Sequence record: DRR378314_807
Reading direction: 5' to 3' (one strand)
DNA length: 64,000 nt
Shown here: positions 28,454-38,292 of the stretch, piece after piece
Layout of the letters: each line of letters begins with the position of its first letter
How positions within the stretch are numbered: the first letter of the stretch is position 1
Program-made: the position numbers and the translations under genes
Notes under the pieces: model-generated
Database searches by the model: none
What the model was told of the DNA's origin: nothing
Seen by the model: only the letters and a program-made list of their open reading frames with translations

Positions 28454-29551
28454 ATGCTGACATTACTGACCTATAAATTTATTACTCATAGAGCCTGGCC
28501 ATTGTGCTTAGCCTTATGTCTGGACATAGTACTGGGCAACCTCTGGGTTGCCTTTAATGGTGGTATCAGTAATCCGTTCACTTCGTTATTACTGATCTTT
28601 ATCGTCATCGCGTTTTTATTGTTACCACCAACTTTTGCTTTGATTGTGGTGTTGATAAGCATTCTGGGGCAAGTTGCCCAAATAGGATTGCCTTCACTTT
28701 TGCCCGGGCAGCAAAGTCACACCGCCCATGCCTTAAGCGACGAGATGCTGAAACACGCCATGGGTATGGTCAGCGGCTTTGTGATTGCAGCGGCTATTAT
28801 TGCTTTATCAATGTACTACCTAAAGCGACAATGGTTTCAGTCAGAAAAAGCATTACAGAATGCACGTGAGCGCCAGCTGCGCGACGAACAGCTTTTGACC
28901 ATAGGCGCAGCCGCAGCTCAGTTAACTCATGACGTTGCCACTCCTGTGCAGTCGTTACGGTTACTCAACGAAGAACTTCAGGAATGCGATATTGAGCTGT
29001 CACTAAAACAAGAGTTTAGTGAGCACCTGGGCAAAGTTGAAGCAAGCCTTGAACAATGGCGGGACGCTGCTGAAGACGTGCGCACCAGGCGCCAGCACAA
29101 TTACACTGTCGGGGAAATTATTACTCAGTTACGTCAGCTTCTGCGAATTGCCCGACCCGATGCTCAGGTCAACTGGCAATGCCCCGAACGCTTTAAAACC
29201 GCCATTATTAGCGCCGACCGCACCCTGTTCCCGGCTATCGCCAACCTAGTTATTAATGCTATTAGCGCCGGCGAGCGCAGTCATCAGTTGGTCGTATCCG
29301 TGCAACTCAACCTGACGTTAGTTGATGCGAATCCTCAGCTCACCATCCACATTCTCGATAATGGTGATGGGTTAAGCCAGACGCAACAACGAAAAATAGG
29401 CAAATCAATGGCCTTAAGTGAAAATGGTATGGGTATTGGCGCGGTTATCAGCCATGCCACACTTGAACGGCTTGGTGGTCAGGTCAGCTGGCAATCCACT
29501 TCCGAGGGCACGCTCACGTTGGTTCTTTTACCGGTAACAGCCTATGAATAA
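28454..29551 (+). CDS. sensor histidine kinase, RegB/PrrB-like
   Basis: GGISNPF membrane motif, H-box AAAAQLTHDVATP, N box NLVINA, DNGDG and GMGIG. Confidence 0.8.
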   Translation: MLTLLTYKFITHRAWPLCLALCLDIVLGNLWVAFNGGISNPFTSLLLIFIVIAFLLLPPTFALIVVLISILGQVAQIGLPSLLPGQQSHTAHALSDEMLKHAMGMVSGFVIAAAIIALSMYYLKRQWFQSEKALQNARERQLRDEQLLTIGAAAAQLTHDVATPVQSLRLLNEELQECDIELSLKQEFSEHLGKVEASLEQWRDAAEDVRTRRQHNYTVGEIITQLRQLLRIARPDAQVNWQCPERFKTAIISADRTLFPAIANLVINAISAGERSHQLVVSVQLNLTLVDANPQLTIHILDNGDGLSQTQQRKIGKSMALSENGMGIGAVISHATLERLGGQVSWQSTSEGTLTLVLLPVTAYE

Positions 29552-30065
29552 ATTCCGGCTGCTTATTATTGATGACGATGAAGGTTTCTGCGGCATTTTG
29601 CAACGGCGTCTGGAGCATCATGGTGTTTTGGTGCAAATGGCACACTCGGGTCATCAGGCACTAGCGCTAGAAGGTCATTTTGACGGTATTCTGCTGGATA
29701 TGATGCTGGGCGACGACAATGGATTGGCACTTATTCAACCACTCAAAGAACGCTACTCCCCCTGTCACTTAGTGGTACTAACCGGCTACGCCAGTATTGC
29801 AACAACCGTAGAGGCGATGAAGCGCGGCGCAACGGACTACCTAACGAAACCCGTGGGTACCAATGAATTACTACGTCGCTTTACTAATGAGAAACTGGAG
29901 TTAGAAGACGCTTCGGTAAACCGTTTAACGCCAACTCAAATTGAGTGGGAGCATATTCAAAGAGTGCTCACGGATAATCAGGGAAATGTTTCTAAGACAG
30001 CACGAGAACTGGGAATGCATCGGCGTACGTTACAGCGCAAATTGTCGAAACGCTCACCACATTAA
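29544..30065 (+). CDS. response regulator, RegA/PrrA-like
   Basis: LTGYASIATTVEAMKRGA, EWEHIQRVL and NVSKTARELGMHRRTLQRKL. Confidence 0.88.
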   Translation: MNKFRLLIIDDDEGFCGILQRRLEHHGVLVQMAHSGHQALALEGHFDGILLDMMLGDDNGLALIQPLKERYSPCHLVVLTGYASIATTVEAMKRGATDYLTKPVGTNELLRRFTNEKLELEDASVNRLTPTQIEWEHIQRVLTDNQGNVSKTARELGMHRRTLQRKLSKRSPH

Positions 30066-30097
30066 AAATGCGCCGCCCGGGGGCGAGCGGCGCAAAG
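30064..30097. terminator. hairpin between convergent regA-like and ompW genes
   Basis: AAAAA-TGCGCCGC...GCGGCGCA; the A-tract reads as a U-tract for the minus-strand ompW transcript. Confidence 0.65.
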
Positions 30098-30100
30098 GCT

Positions 30101-30799
30101 TTAGAAGTTATAGCGAACACCGGCCATAGCAACGTAAGGGTCGATATCAACATCAACACTTTCAATGGTATTACCGTTCACACGAACATCACCCGTGGTA
30201 TCGATATCCATGCGGCTGACCATGAAGTGAAGACCCCAGTTTTCACTCAGATCGACATTTACACCAGCTTGCAGAGCATAGCCCCAGCTGTTTTTCAGCG
30301 CTAAAGAGACATCGTCATTGTCGGTAACAACACCCAGGTCGCCTAACGTTGAGCGCAACTGCGGGTCGACTTGCTCATCAAAGAAGGCTGTGTAGTTAAC
30401 ACCAATACCGACGAAAGGTTTAAACATCTCACTATCGATATCGAAATGATATTGCGCCAGCAAGGTTGGTGGCAAGTGCTTGGTTTTACCTATTTTCAGC
30501 CCAGCCAACGAACCTGTTGCGGTAATATCATGGCTGAACGGTGTTGCTGCAACCAGTTCAAGCGTCCAGTTTTCAGTTAACTTATAATCAAAAGTCAAAC
30601 CTAACTGAGTATTCGTGTTTACACCAACGCCAGTACTGTTCTCTGGTAAACCAGCTACTGACTCAACAACGTTCAAGTGACTACTGCTGTCATCAGGCAT
30701 GACAGAGATGGCACCAACGTTGATAGAAAAATCATTTGCTAATGCAGAAGTGCTTAGCAAGCCTAACAATACACCGCACGATAATGCTTTAAGCTTCAT
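30101..30799 (-). CDS. ompW: outer membrane protein W
   Basis: Signal peptide, NTQLGLT, ELVAATPFSH, KHLPPTLLAQY, GVNYTAFFDE and C-terminal RYNF. Confidence 0.93.
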   Translation of the reverse strand: MKLKALSCGVLLGLLSTSALANDFSINVGAISVMPDDSSSHLNVVESVAGLPENSTGVGVNTNTQLGLTFDYKLTENWTLELVAATPFSHDITATGSLAGLKIGKTKHLPPTLLAQYHFDIDSEMFKPFVGIGVNYTAFFDEQVDPQLRSTLGDLGVVTDNDDVSLALKNSWGYALQAGVNVDLSENWGLHFMVSRMDIDTTGDVRVNGNTIESVDVDIDPYVAMAGVRYNF

Positions 30800-30829
30800 G
30801 GGGAACTCCTTGTTAATGAAGACCCCTGA

Positions 30830-30871
30830 AGTTTATAAGGTTTACTGAATAACCGAGTTGATCTGCATCAA
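30830..30871 (-). promoter_or_regulatory. FNR-dependent class II promoter of ompW
   Basis: Perfect TTGAT-ctgc-ATCAA at 30858-30871 and minus-strand -10 TAAACT at 30835-30830 (box centred near -41.5). Confidence 0.85.
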
Positions 30872-30872
30872 C

Positions 30873-31589
30873 CTAGTGTTCGGCATTATGGTAAATGTTT
30901 TGAACGTCATCCAAATCGTTCAGCATATCCATCAAACGTTCAAACATTGGTAAATCATCTTCAGCTATACTGGTCGTTACCTGAGGTAAAAACTGAATTT
31001 CGTCGGCTTCAAAATCAATATCAGGAAACGCATGAGTTAAGGCCTGACGGGCTGCCGCGTACTCGGTATTTGGCGCAAATACGGTAACCAGACCATCTTC
31101 GAATTCGACGTCGGTAACATCAACATCAGCTTCCATCATGGCTTCCAGCACTTCGTCTTCATTGTCATGCCGGAAGGCAAAAATCGCACAGTGATCAAAC
31201 GAATGCGCAACACTGCCCTGAGCGCCAATTTTTGATTTACTTTTGGTAAAGCAGTTCCGGACATCGCCAAAGGTACGGTTCGGGTTATCGGTTAAACACT
31301 CGACGATAACCATACAGTTGCTGGGTCCGTAACCTTCGTAACGCGCCGGAGAAAAGTCCTCTCCTGCTCCGCCCTGCGCCTTGTCTATTGCTTTTTCAAT
31401 AACGTGAGCAGGAACCTGATCTTTTTTCGCCCGATCTATTAAGCCTCGAAGCGCGAGGTTGCCATCAGGATCTCCACCACCTTGCTTGGCGCAAACGTAA
31501 ATTTCACGGCCATAACGGCTATAGACTTTGCTCTTTGCATTCGCCGTTTTAGCAATTGAATCTTTTCGGTTTTGATAGGCGCGACCCAT
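30873..31589 (-). CDS. YebC/PmpR family protein
   Basis: [26 protein letters not shown] and [11 protein letters not shown] motifs. Confidence 0.92.
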   Translation of the reverse strand: MGRAYQNRKDSIAKTANAKSKVYSRYGREIYVCAKQGGGDPDGNLALRGLIDRAKKDQVPAHVIEKAIDKAQGGAGEDFSPARYEGYGPSNCMVIVECLTDNPNRTFGDVRNCFTKSKSKIGAQGSVAHSFDHCAIFAFRHDNEDEVLEAMMEADVDVTDVEFEDGLVTVFAPNTEYAAARQALTHAFPDIDFEADEIQFLPQVTTSIAEDDLPMFERLMDMLNDLDDVQNIYHNAEH

Positions 31590-31791
31590 TCTGAATTTCT
31601 CACTGGTTAATTAAAGACCCAAAGATTTTACACAGGCAGCTGTTACGGGTCGAGTACTAGCAGAAATAAGTACCGGCTTAATTGCAGATTATTGATATAG
31701 CCAAGCTGTCTACCATAGAAGATTTTGATTCTTCAGTTAACGCTGCATAGCAACGTAAACTCAGCCCCAGAAACAACCTGTTGAGTAAATT

Positions 31792-32802
31792 ATGCAAAGC
31801 CCGATACCTGTATTATCCATGCGAAAACTTTATCTCGGAGCCTCTGACCGCCAGCAATTCATTGCTGACCTTGGTAGAGCGGCGCGTGATGTTGGCTTCT
31901 TCTACCTGGAAGACCACGGTATTTCACTGGCAGAACAAGTTAAGGTGCTGGACACCGCTAAAACCTTTTTTGCACTCAGTGATGCAGAAAAGAAACAGGT
32001 TCAGATGATTCATTCACCGCACTTTCGTGGCTATTCAGCAAACTACTCGGAGTTAACGGCAGGCCGGCCGGACCGTCGTGAACAATTTGATATCATGGAC
32101 GAACTGCCTGCTCAGGCTGCGTCCGTTATAAGCCATGAGTGGCAAAAACTCATAGGGCCGAACCAGTGGCCACGGCAATTGCCTGCCATGAAAACCCAGC
32201 TGCTGTTCTGGCAGGACAAGCTAACCGAAGTGTCTCTGCAGCTTTTAGGGGCTTTATGCGAAAGTCTGGAGCAACCGGCTGACGCGTTGTCTGAAACCAT
32301 CAGCAACGGTCCTTATCGCCATACTAAGCTTATTAAATACCCCGGCAGCCCAGAAGCCTCTGGTCAGGGTGTTGGGGCCCATAAGGACCCGGGCTACCTC
32401 ACCTTAGTTCTGCAGGACGAAAACAGCGGGTTAGAGGTGGAATACAAGCGACAATGGTACAAAGTGGCTCCGCGCCCCGGTGCCTTTGTGGTGAATATTG
32501 GCGAATTACTGGAGCTGGCTTCTAATGGCTATTTAAAAGCGACTAACCATCGTGTTAGCAGCCCTAAAGCGGGGGTTACCCGTTATTCATCGGCATTTTT
32601 CATGGCCGCTCAGCTGAATGCTTCGGTGCCGGTGTTAAAACTCCCTTCCCATTTAGCAAAACACGCGAAGGGGCCAACCAGTGATCCGAACAACCCTATG
32701 CTGCATAACGTTGGCGAAAACGTTATGAAAGGCAGAAAACGTTCCCACCCGGACGTATCAGCGCGTTTTTACACGCCAAAAGAAAAATGCAACTCCTGTT
32801 AA
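31792..32802 (+). CDS. 2-oxoglutarate/Fe(II) dioxygenase, isopenicillin N synthase-like family
   Basis: VGFFYLEDHG, GPNQWP, HKD...H facial triad (AHKDPG, TNHRV) and RYS 2OG-binding motif. Confidence 0.88.
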   Translation: MQSPIPVLSMRKLYLGASDRQQFIADLGRAARDVGFFYLEDHGISLAEQVKVLDTAKTFFALSDAEKKQVQMIHSPHFRGYSANYSELTAGRPDRREQFDIMDELPAQAASVISHEWQKLIGPNQWPRQLPAMKTQLLFWQDKLTEVSLQLLGALCESLEQPADALSETISNGPYRHTKLIKYPGSPEASGQGVGAHKDPGYLTLVLQDENSGLEVEYKRQWYKVAPRPGAFVVNIGELLELASNGYLKATNHRVSSPKAGVTRYSSAFFMAAQLNASVPVLKLPSHLAKHAKGPTSDPNNPMLHNVGENVMKGRKRSHPDVSARFYTPKEKCNSC

Positions 32803-33088
32803 TTAAGCTTTGATATAAAAATATAACAAAATGATATAAGTAAAGTTGTGTAAATCATTCGTTATTTTTAAAAATGACGTCAACTTGCGTGAGCGCTGAC
32901 TTTCAAGACGTTAACATCGGGTAACAAAAACCCTAAAAATATAATATTAGTTATATTCCCACATTATTCGCATGGTTTACTTTTCAGCCATCCTCTACAA
33001 AATCTACTTATGTAACATAACGTTACGTATCTAGTGATGCTGTTTATCACTAATTTTAAATTCACAGAAAAACAACAAAGAGAATCTT

Positions 33089-34927
33089 ATGATGACAAAA
33101 AATAAACAGCATAAGACGTTAATTGCTATCGCACTGTCAGGCTTGTTAGCCAGCACCAGCGTAGCAGCTGAAACCTTATCGCAGAACGGATCTGATAACG
33201 GCAATAATGGCGCAAAGCCATCGCTGAAAGAGCGGTCAAACGGACCTGCCACCAGCTTTATCGTTAAGCTTAAGGATGGCTCTCAAGTTGTACAGCAAAT
33301 GCAACAACAATCGGCAGAACACCCATCAGCCAATGCTGCGGCTGTCGCCCAACAGATGCGTGGTTTTACCTCAGTGCTTTCTAAACGCACCGGCAAAAGT
33401 GTTGCCTTTGAGCGTTCCATGGCTCTGCAACAACATTTCGTCGTAAAAGCACAAGGGCGCTTAAGCCCGGAAGAAAAAAAAGAATACCTTCAGTCGCTTA
33501 AAGCAGACAGCGACGTTGAATTTGTAGAGGAAAACAAAATCCTCCGTCACTTTGCCACGCCAAACGACCCTAACTATGATGACCAGTGGCATTATTATGA
33601 AAGCGTTGGTGGACTGAATGTCCCAACCGCCTGGGACTCAGTCGACGGTAGCGGCGTTGTTGTGGCCGTACTCGATACCGGTTATCGCCCCCACTCTGAC
33701 CTGGTCGGCAATATTTTACCCGGCTACGACATGATTTCAGACAGTTTTATCGGTAATGACGGCGATGGCCGCGACAGTGACGCACAAGATCCGGGCGACT
33801 GGGTTAGTGCCGGAGCCTGTGGTAATGGCTACCCGGCTCAGGATCAAAACTCGAGCTGGCATGGTACTCACGTTGCCGGAACCATTGCCGCTGAAACAAA
33901 TAATTCCAGCGGTGTTGCTGGCGTTGCTTATGGCGCCCAAATTGTACCCGTGCGTGTTCTGGGTCGCTGCGGCGGAACCACAGCCGATATTGCGGACGGT
34001 ATTGTTTGGGCATCAGGAGGTTCAGTTCCGGGAACAAGCCCTAACGCTAACCCGGCCGATGTCTTAAACATGAGCCTGGGTGGCAGCGGTACTTGCTCGA
34101 CTGCAACACAGAACGCGATCAACACCGCTCGCAATAATGGAGCGACAGTAGTCGTGGCTTCCGGTAACAGCAACGACAATTCAACCAACTACAACCCGGG
34201 CAACTGTAACGGTGTTGTTAACGTAGCCTCTACTGATCGTAACGGCGATCGCGCTTACTACTCAAACTACGGTTCGAATGTCGATGTTGCGGCACCAGGT
34301 GGTGCAATGCAAAGCGCTAACGACCCTAATGGTGTGCTATCTACTTACAACACAGGCACTTCAACACCAGGCTCTGATAGCTACGGCTACAGCCAGGGTA
34401 CGTCAATGGCAGCACCTCACGTAGCAGGCGCGGCCGCTTTAATTAAAGCAGCTGATCCTGCAGCAACACCAGATGACATTGAACAGATTCTGCGTAACTC
34501 AGCCCGCTCTTTCCCGGGTAGTTGCAACGGTTGTGGTACTGGTATCGTCGATGCCGCGGCTGCCGTAACACTGGCTTCCGGTGGCGGAAACGGCGGTGAC
34601 AATGGCGGCGACGACGGCTCATCTGGCGGCGGTGGCACTGTTGATAACTTATCAGCGTCAACTAATGAGTGGAATCGCTTCTATCTGGATGTTCCTGCTG
34701 GCATGTCAACATTAACAGTCACTATTACTGGTGGCAGTGGCGATGCGGATCTTTATCTGCGTCAGGGCAGTGAACCGACTCAGTCAAGCTGGGACTGCCG
34801 TCCTTATAATGCAGGAAATGAAGAAGTCTGCACTATCGACAACCCTCAGGAAGGCCGCTGGCACATTGGTGTCTTTGCCTACAGCGCATATTCAGGCGTC
34901 GATCTTGAAGCACGCTATGAACCTTAA
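33089..34927 (+). CDS. secreted subtilase (S8) with C-terminal PPC domain
   Basis: Signal and propeptide, catalytic LDTG, HGTHVAG and GTSMAAPH, Gly/Asn/Asp linker, and PPC domain GGSGDADLY...WDCRPY. Confidence 0.92.
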   Translation: MMTKNKQHKTLIAIALSGLLASTSVAAETLSQNGSDNGNNGAKPSLKERSNGPATSFIVKLKDGSQVVQQMQQQSAEHPSANAAAVAQQMRGFTSVLSKRTGKSVAFERSMALQQHFVVKAQGRLSPEEKKEYLQSLKADSDVEFVEENKILRHFATPNDPNYDDQWHYYESVGGLNVPTAWDSVDGSGVVVAVLDTGYRPHSDLVGNILPGYDMISDSFIGNDGDGRDSDAQDPGDWVSAGACGNGYPAQDQNSSWHGTHVAGTIAAETNNSSGVAGVAYGAQIVPVRVLGRCGGTTADIADGIVWASGGSVPGTSPNANPADVLNMSLGGSGTCSTATQNAINTARNNGATVVVASGNSNDNSTNYNPGNCNGVVNVASTDRNGDRAYYSNYGSNVDVAAPGGAMQSANDPNGVLSTYNTGTSTPGSDSYGYSQGTSMAAPHVAGAAALIKAADPAATPDDIEQILRNSARSFPGSCNGCGTGIVDAAAAVTLASGGGNGGDNGGDDGSSGGGGTVDNLSASTNEWNRFYLDVPAGMSTLTVTITGGSGDADLYLRQGSEPTQSSWDCRPYNAGNEEVCTIDNPQEGRWHIGVFAYSAYSGVDLEARYEP

Positions 34928-34955
34928 TTAACCGCTAGGTATAATTGAGCATAGA

Positions 34956-34979
34956 AAAGGGCACCAATTGGTGCCCTTT
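34956..34979. terminator. bidirectional terminator between convergent proteases
   Basis: Perfect 24-bp palindrome AAAGGGCACCAATTGGTGCCCTTT. Confidence 0.8.
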
Positions 34980-35008
34980 ATACGTTAAAACGTCGGCTTA
35001 ACTCAGCA

Positions 35009-37543
35009 TTAGAAACTCGCTGTAGCTGATTGACATGCCTCAGTTCCGGTTTCACACAGCTCGTATACTACATCGCTTCCGTCAGACTCAAAGCGATCAC
35101 GGTATCGACCTGAATTATCCAGGGTTTCGATAAACTCCCCATCACGATAAAGATCGACATCTCCAGAAGCTCCGCTCCAACGCAGGTCGACCAGCGTCGT
35201 ACCATTACGCAAGTGAGTCGCACGATAAATACTCAGTTCAATATCGGTAATACTGACATTAACTGACTGGGTGACACTATCAGAAAGCTCAGTTTCATCC
35301 GTAACCGTTAGTGTTACATCATAAACGCCCGCTTCAGAGTAAGCATAGATCGGGCTAGCTTCTGTTGAAGTGTTACCGTCACCGAATTCCCAGAAGTAAC
35401 TGGCAATGTCGCCATCACTGTCTGACGAAGTATTGGTAAAGGTCACAGTTAAATCATCTACACTGCTTTCGAAGCTGGCAACCGGAGCATCCGGCAAACC
35501 ATCATCTTCTTCCACCGCAGTTAACGTCAATGACCAGTGGTTCAGAGTCCCGGTATCCGCACCGGCATTATCTGAAACACTCAGCGTCCAGTCACCAGTC
35601 ATATCTTCACCATTAAAGGTATCAACAGACCAACTGCGCACTAAATCTTCAGCGCTACCACCAGAACGCTCGTGCAATACATGCTCTGTACCTTCTGGCG
35701 AGGTTAAGCTGACAATCAGGTCGCCCTGCCAGGTATGAGTAATATCAACACTCACATCCGCACCAAAAACAACACCCGTTTCGGGTACATTAATGACTCG
35801 CGAAATACCCTCACTGTCATCATCCGGAATGTCGGTATTCGCCGTATCTTCATAATAGAAATCTGACAAACCTTGTGGCAGAACATACACAGCCGAACTC
35901 ACCTCACGGGTAATTTCGCCCGTTTCAGCATCGGAGCCACTGACGGTGATGCTGTACTCACCCCATTGTGTCTCATCGGTTGTATTCACCTGTACATCGA
36001 CACTGTCTCCCTCGCCAGCCTGACTTGAGGACAGCGAGACATCCAGTTCAGGTTCCGCGGAAACACTTAAATTAACGGTGCCTGACCAATCTGCAATACT
36101 GTCAACATCAAGAGTAAAGGCGGCGTTCTCACCAGCTACAATTTCCTGTCGACCCGGAGACAAAGTTAACAGGTAAGTCGGATCTGGATCGGCAGCTTCT
36201 AAAGCACTTAATGCGTTCAGACGCTTTCCTGAAGCAGTTTTACCCGATAATGCCGGAATACTCTCGCCTGAATCCATAAGAATTTGCTTTACTTCAGCAA
36301 TGCTAAGACTCGGGTCGATAGACCAAACTAATCCGGCAACACCAGCAACATGCGGACTGGACATTGAGGTTCCAGTTGCAGTCGCATAACCACCATCTAA
36401 GTAGGTTGAAAGAATTTCCGTACCCGGAGCCCCTAAATCAACAGATTCCAGGCCATAGGTTGAGTCCTCTTCCATACTGTCGGTGCGCGTCGTATTGGCA
36501 ACATTCACAATACCGTCGAGATCGTAACCACCAGGGTAGCTTGCAGTAACGTCTGCATCGACACCAGCGTTGCCGGCAGCCGAGACAAACATAATGCCCT
36601 GATCAATACTGTCGCTGATGGCCGTTCGCAATGATTCTGAATAAGAACCACCACCCCAGGAGTTATTAGTCGCAACCAAATTAACACCATGGTTAACTTT
36701 TAAATTGGTCATGTAGTTAATACATTCAATAGCGCCATCGGTATAACCGTCACCAAACTCGTCGAGAAATTGACAGCCGATTATTTGCACGTCCCAGTTA
36801 ATTCCGGTAACCCCCGCGCCATTATTTGATGTTGCACCAATGGTGCCTGCAACGTGTGTACCATGACCATTCTCATCCATCGGATCCCCGGTGGACGTTA
36901 TAGCCGAGTAACCATAGCAATCATCGACAACACCGTTGCCGTCGTCATCTTCACCGTTGTCACAGATTTCGCCCGGGTTAACCCACATGTTTCCGGCTAA
37001 ATCAGGGTGGGTGTAGTCAACACCACTGTCTATTACGCCAATAACAATATTACTGTCGCCGGTCGTAATATCCCAGGCTGGTCGCGCATCAATATCTGCA
37101 CCCGGCGTACCGCCACTTTGACCGGTGTTTTCCAACGCCCACATATCACCGAAGCCAGGATCATCCGGAGTAGCAAGAATATTGAACTTGGGATCTTTTG
37201 AATCGTTAATACTAATAACGTAATTAGGCTCAGCAACCTCAACCAGCGGATGCTGAGACAGACGCTTGATTAACGCATCACGCTGTTTTGCATTGCGTAC
37301 GTTAACTTTAGCAATTCGGCCATCAGCAATATGACGCATTGCTATATCACGACCACTGTCATCGAGTGCGCGTAAACTGCCGCCCGCATTTTTGATTAAG
37401 TCTTGCCGTTGTTCTTTCGTCACTGACTGCTTAAACATCACCAGCAATGAATCATCATCAGCTTTCTTATCGGTTGCCGCTACAGCTGAACCTGCGGCCA
37501 ACGCTATAGAAATACCAACGACTAACTTTTTAATATTAGCCAT
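35009..37543 (-). CDS. secreted subtilase (S8) with P-domain and PKD domain
   Basis: IDSG, HGTHVAG and GTSMSSPH catalytic motifs; P-domain ITHTWQGDL...GDWTLSVSD; PKD domain WEFGDG...YDVTLTVTD. Confidence 0.92.
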   Translation of the reverse strand: MANIKKLVVGISIALAAGSAVAATDKKADDDSLLVMFKQSVTKEQRQDLIKNAGGSLRALDDSGRDIAMRHIADGRIAKVNVRNAKQRDALIKRLSQHPLVEVAEPNYVISINDSKDPKFNILATPDDPGFGDMWALENTGQSGGTPGADIDARPAWDITTGDSNIVIGVIDSGVDYTHPDLAGNMWVNPGEICDNGEDDDGNGVVDDCYGYSAITSTGDPMDENGHGTHVAGTIGATSNNGAGVTGINWDVQIIGCQFLDEFGDGYTDGAIECINYMTNLKVNHGVNLVATNNSWGGGSYSESLRTAISDSIDQGIMFVSAAGNAGVDADVTASYPGGYDLDGIVNVANTTRTDSMEEDSTYGLESVDLGAPGTEILSTYLDGGYATATGTSMSSPHVAGVAGLVWSIDPSLSIAEVKQILMDSGESIPALSGKTASGKRLNALSALEAADPDPTYLLTLSPGRQEIVAGENAAFTLDVDSIADWSGTVNLSVSAEPELDVSLSSSQAGEGDSVDVQVNTTDETQWGEYSITVSGSDAETGEITREVSSAVYVLPQGLSDFYYEDTANTDIPDDDSEGISRVINVPETGVVFGADVSVDITHTWQGDLIVSLTSPEGTEHVLHERSGGSAEDLVRSWSVDTFNGEDMTGDWTLSVSDNAGADTGTLNHWSLTLTAVEEDDGLPDAPVASFESSVDDLTVTFTNTSSDSDGDIASYFWEFGDGNTSTEASPIYAYSEAGVYDVTLTVTDETELSDSVTQSVNVSITDIELSIYRATHLRNGTTLVDLRWSGASGDVDLYRDGEFIETLDNSGRYRDRFESDGSDVVYELCETGTEACQSATASF

Positions 37544-37860
37544 TTTGCTTCCTCTGTCTTGTTGTTTTATGAGTTATCGTCGTGCCTAAAACTTAAGCAC
37601 TAGAAAATAACTAGCATATTTTTGACGTAAAGATATCTCGAAAGATATAGCTTTACGAAATCTGATCATAAATACGAATAAAGGACTAGGACGTTTGGTG
37701 CAGGGAAGCGATTAAAAAAAATCAAGACAATGAAAATTAACGATATTTCAATTCAAAAACATCATCAATAAGTCACATAAAATACCCCTTTCATACGATT
37801 GTTCAGCTCTCTGAACCACCTATTCTTGTTAGCGGAATTATTAACAAAAGGTGTTCCGCT

Positions 37861-38268
37861 TTGACTTACAAAAAACAACTTTTAGCAGCACTGGTTTTGC
37901 TTTTTGTCTCACTCCCCGGAGTCGCAAAAGACATTCCTGTTGCGCTAGCAGGGTTACTGGAGCGGCAGGCCCTTGCAAACCATGCAGAAATTGCTCAACT
38001 CGGATCTTATAACCTCACTTCTGTTATCCAGTCAGGCGAGCAAAATTACGCGTATTTGGTTCAGTCGGGTTTTGAGAACACTCTTAGCCTGGAACAGCAA
38101 GGGTTCAATAATTCTGTCACTGCAGAACAATCAGGACGCGGTAATTCAGCAATCATCCTGCAGTTGGGTAATAGCAATCTTATTCAGCTACAACAGCTGG
38201 GTAACGACAATGCTATCACTATCCAACAATCCGGCTCTGCCGCTGAAATGTCCATCACGCAGTTTTGA
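37861..38268 (+). CDS. csgB: minor curlin/nucleator, CsgB-like
   Basis: Signal peptide followed by QxGxxN curlin repeats; first gene of the curli operon; TTG start. Confidence 0.75.
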   Translation: MTYKKQLLAALVLLFVSLPGVAKDIPVALAGLLERQALANHAEIAQLGSYNLTSVIQSGEQNYAYLVQSGFENTLSLEQQGFNNSVTAEQSGRGNSAIILQLGNSNLIQLQQLGNDNAITIQQSGSAAEMSITQF

Positions 38269-38292
38269 TTACAACAATTACGGAGAACAATC

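Noticed and set aside
31692-31704. FNR-like TTGATATAGCCAA upstream of the 2OG oxygenase
   Set aside because: The spacer is one base short and the right half-site is poor.
34581-34637. GGC-rich low-complexity run
   Set aside because: Encodes the Gly/Asn/Asp linker between the S8 and PPC domains.
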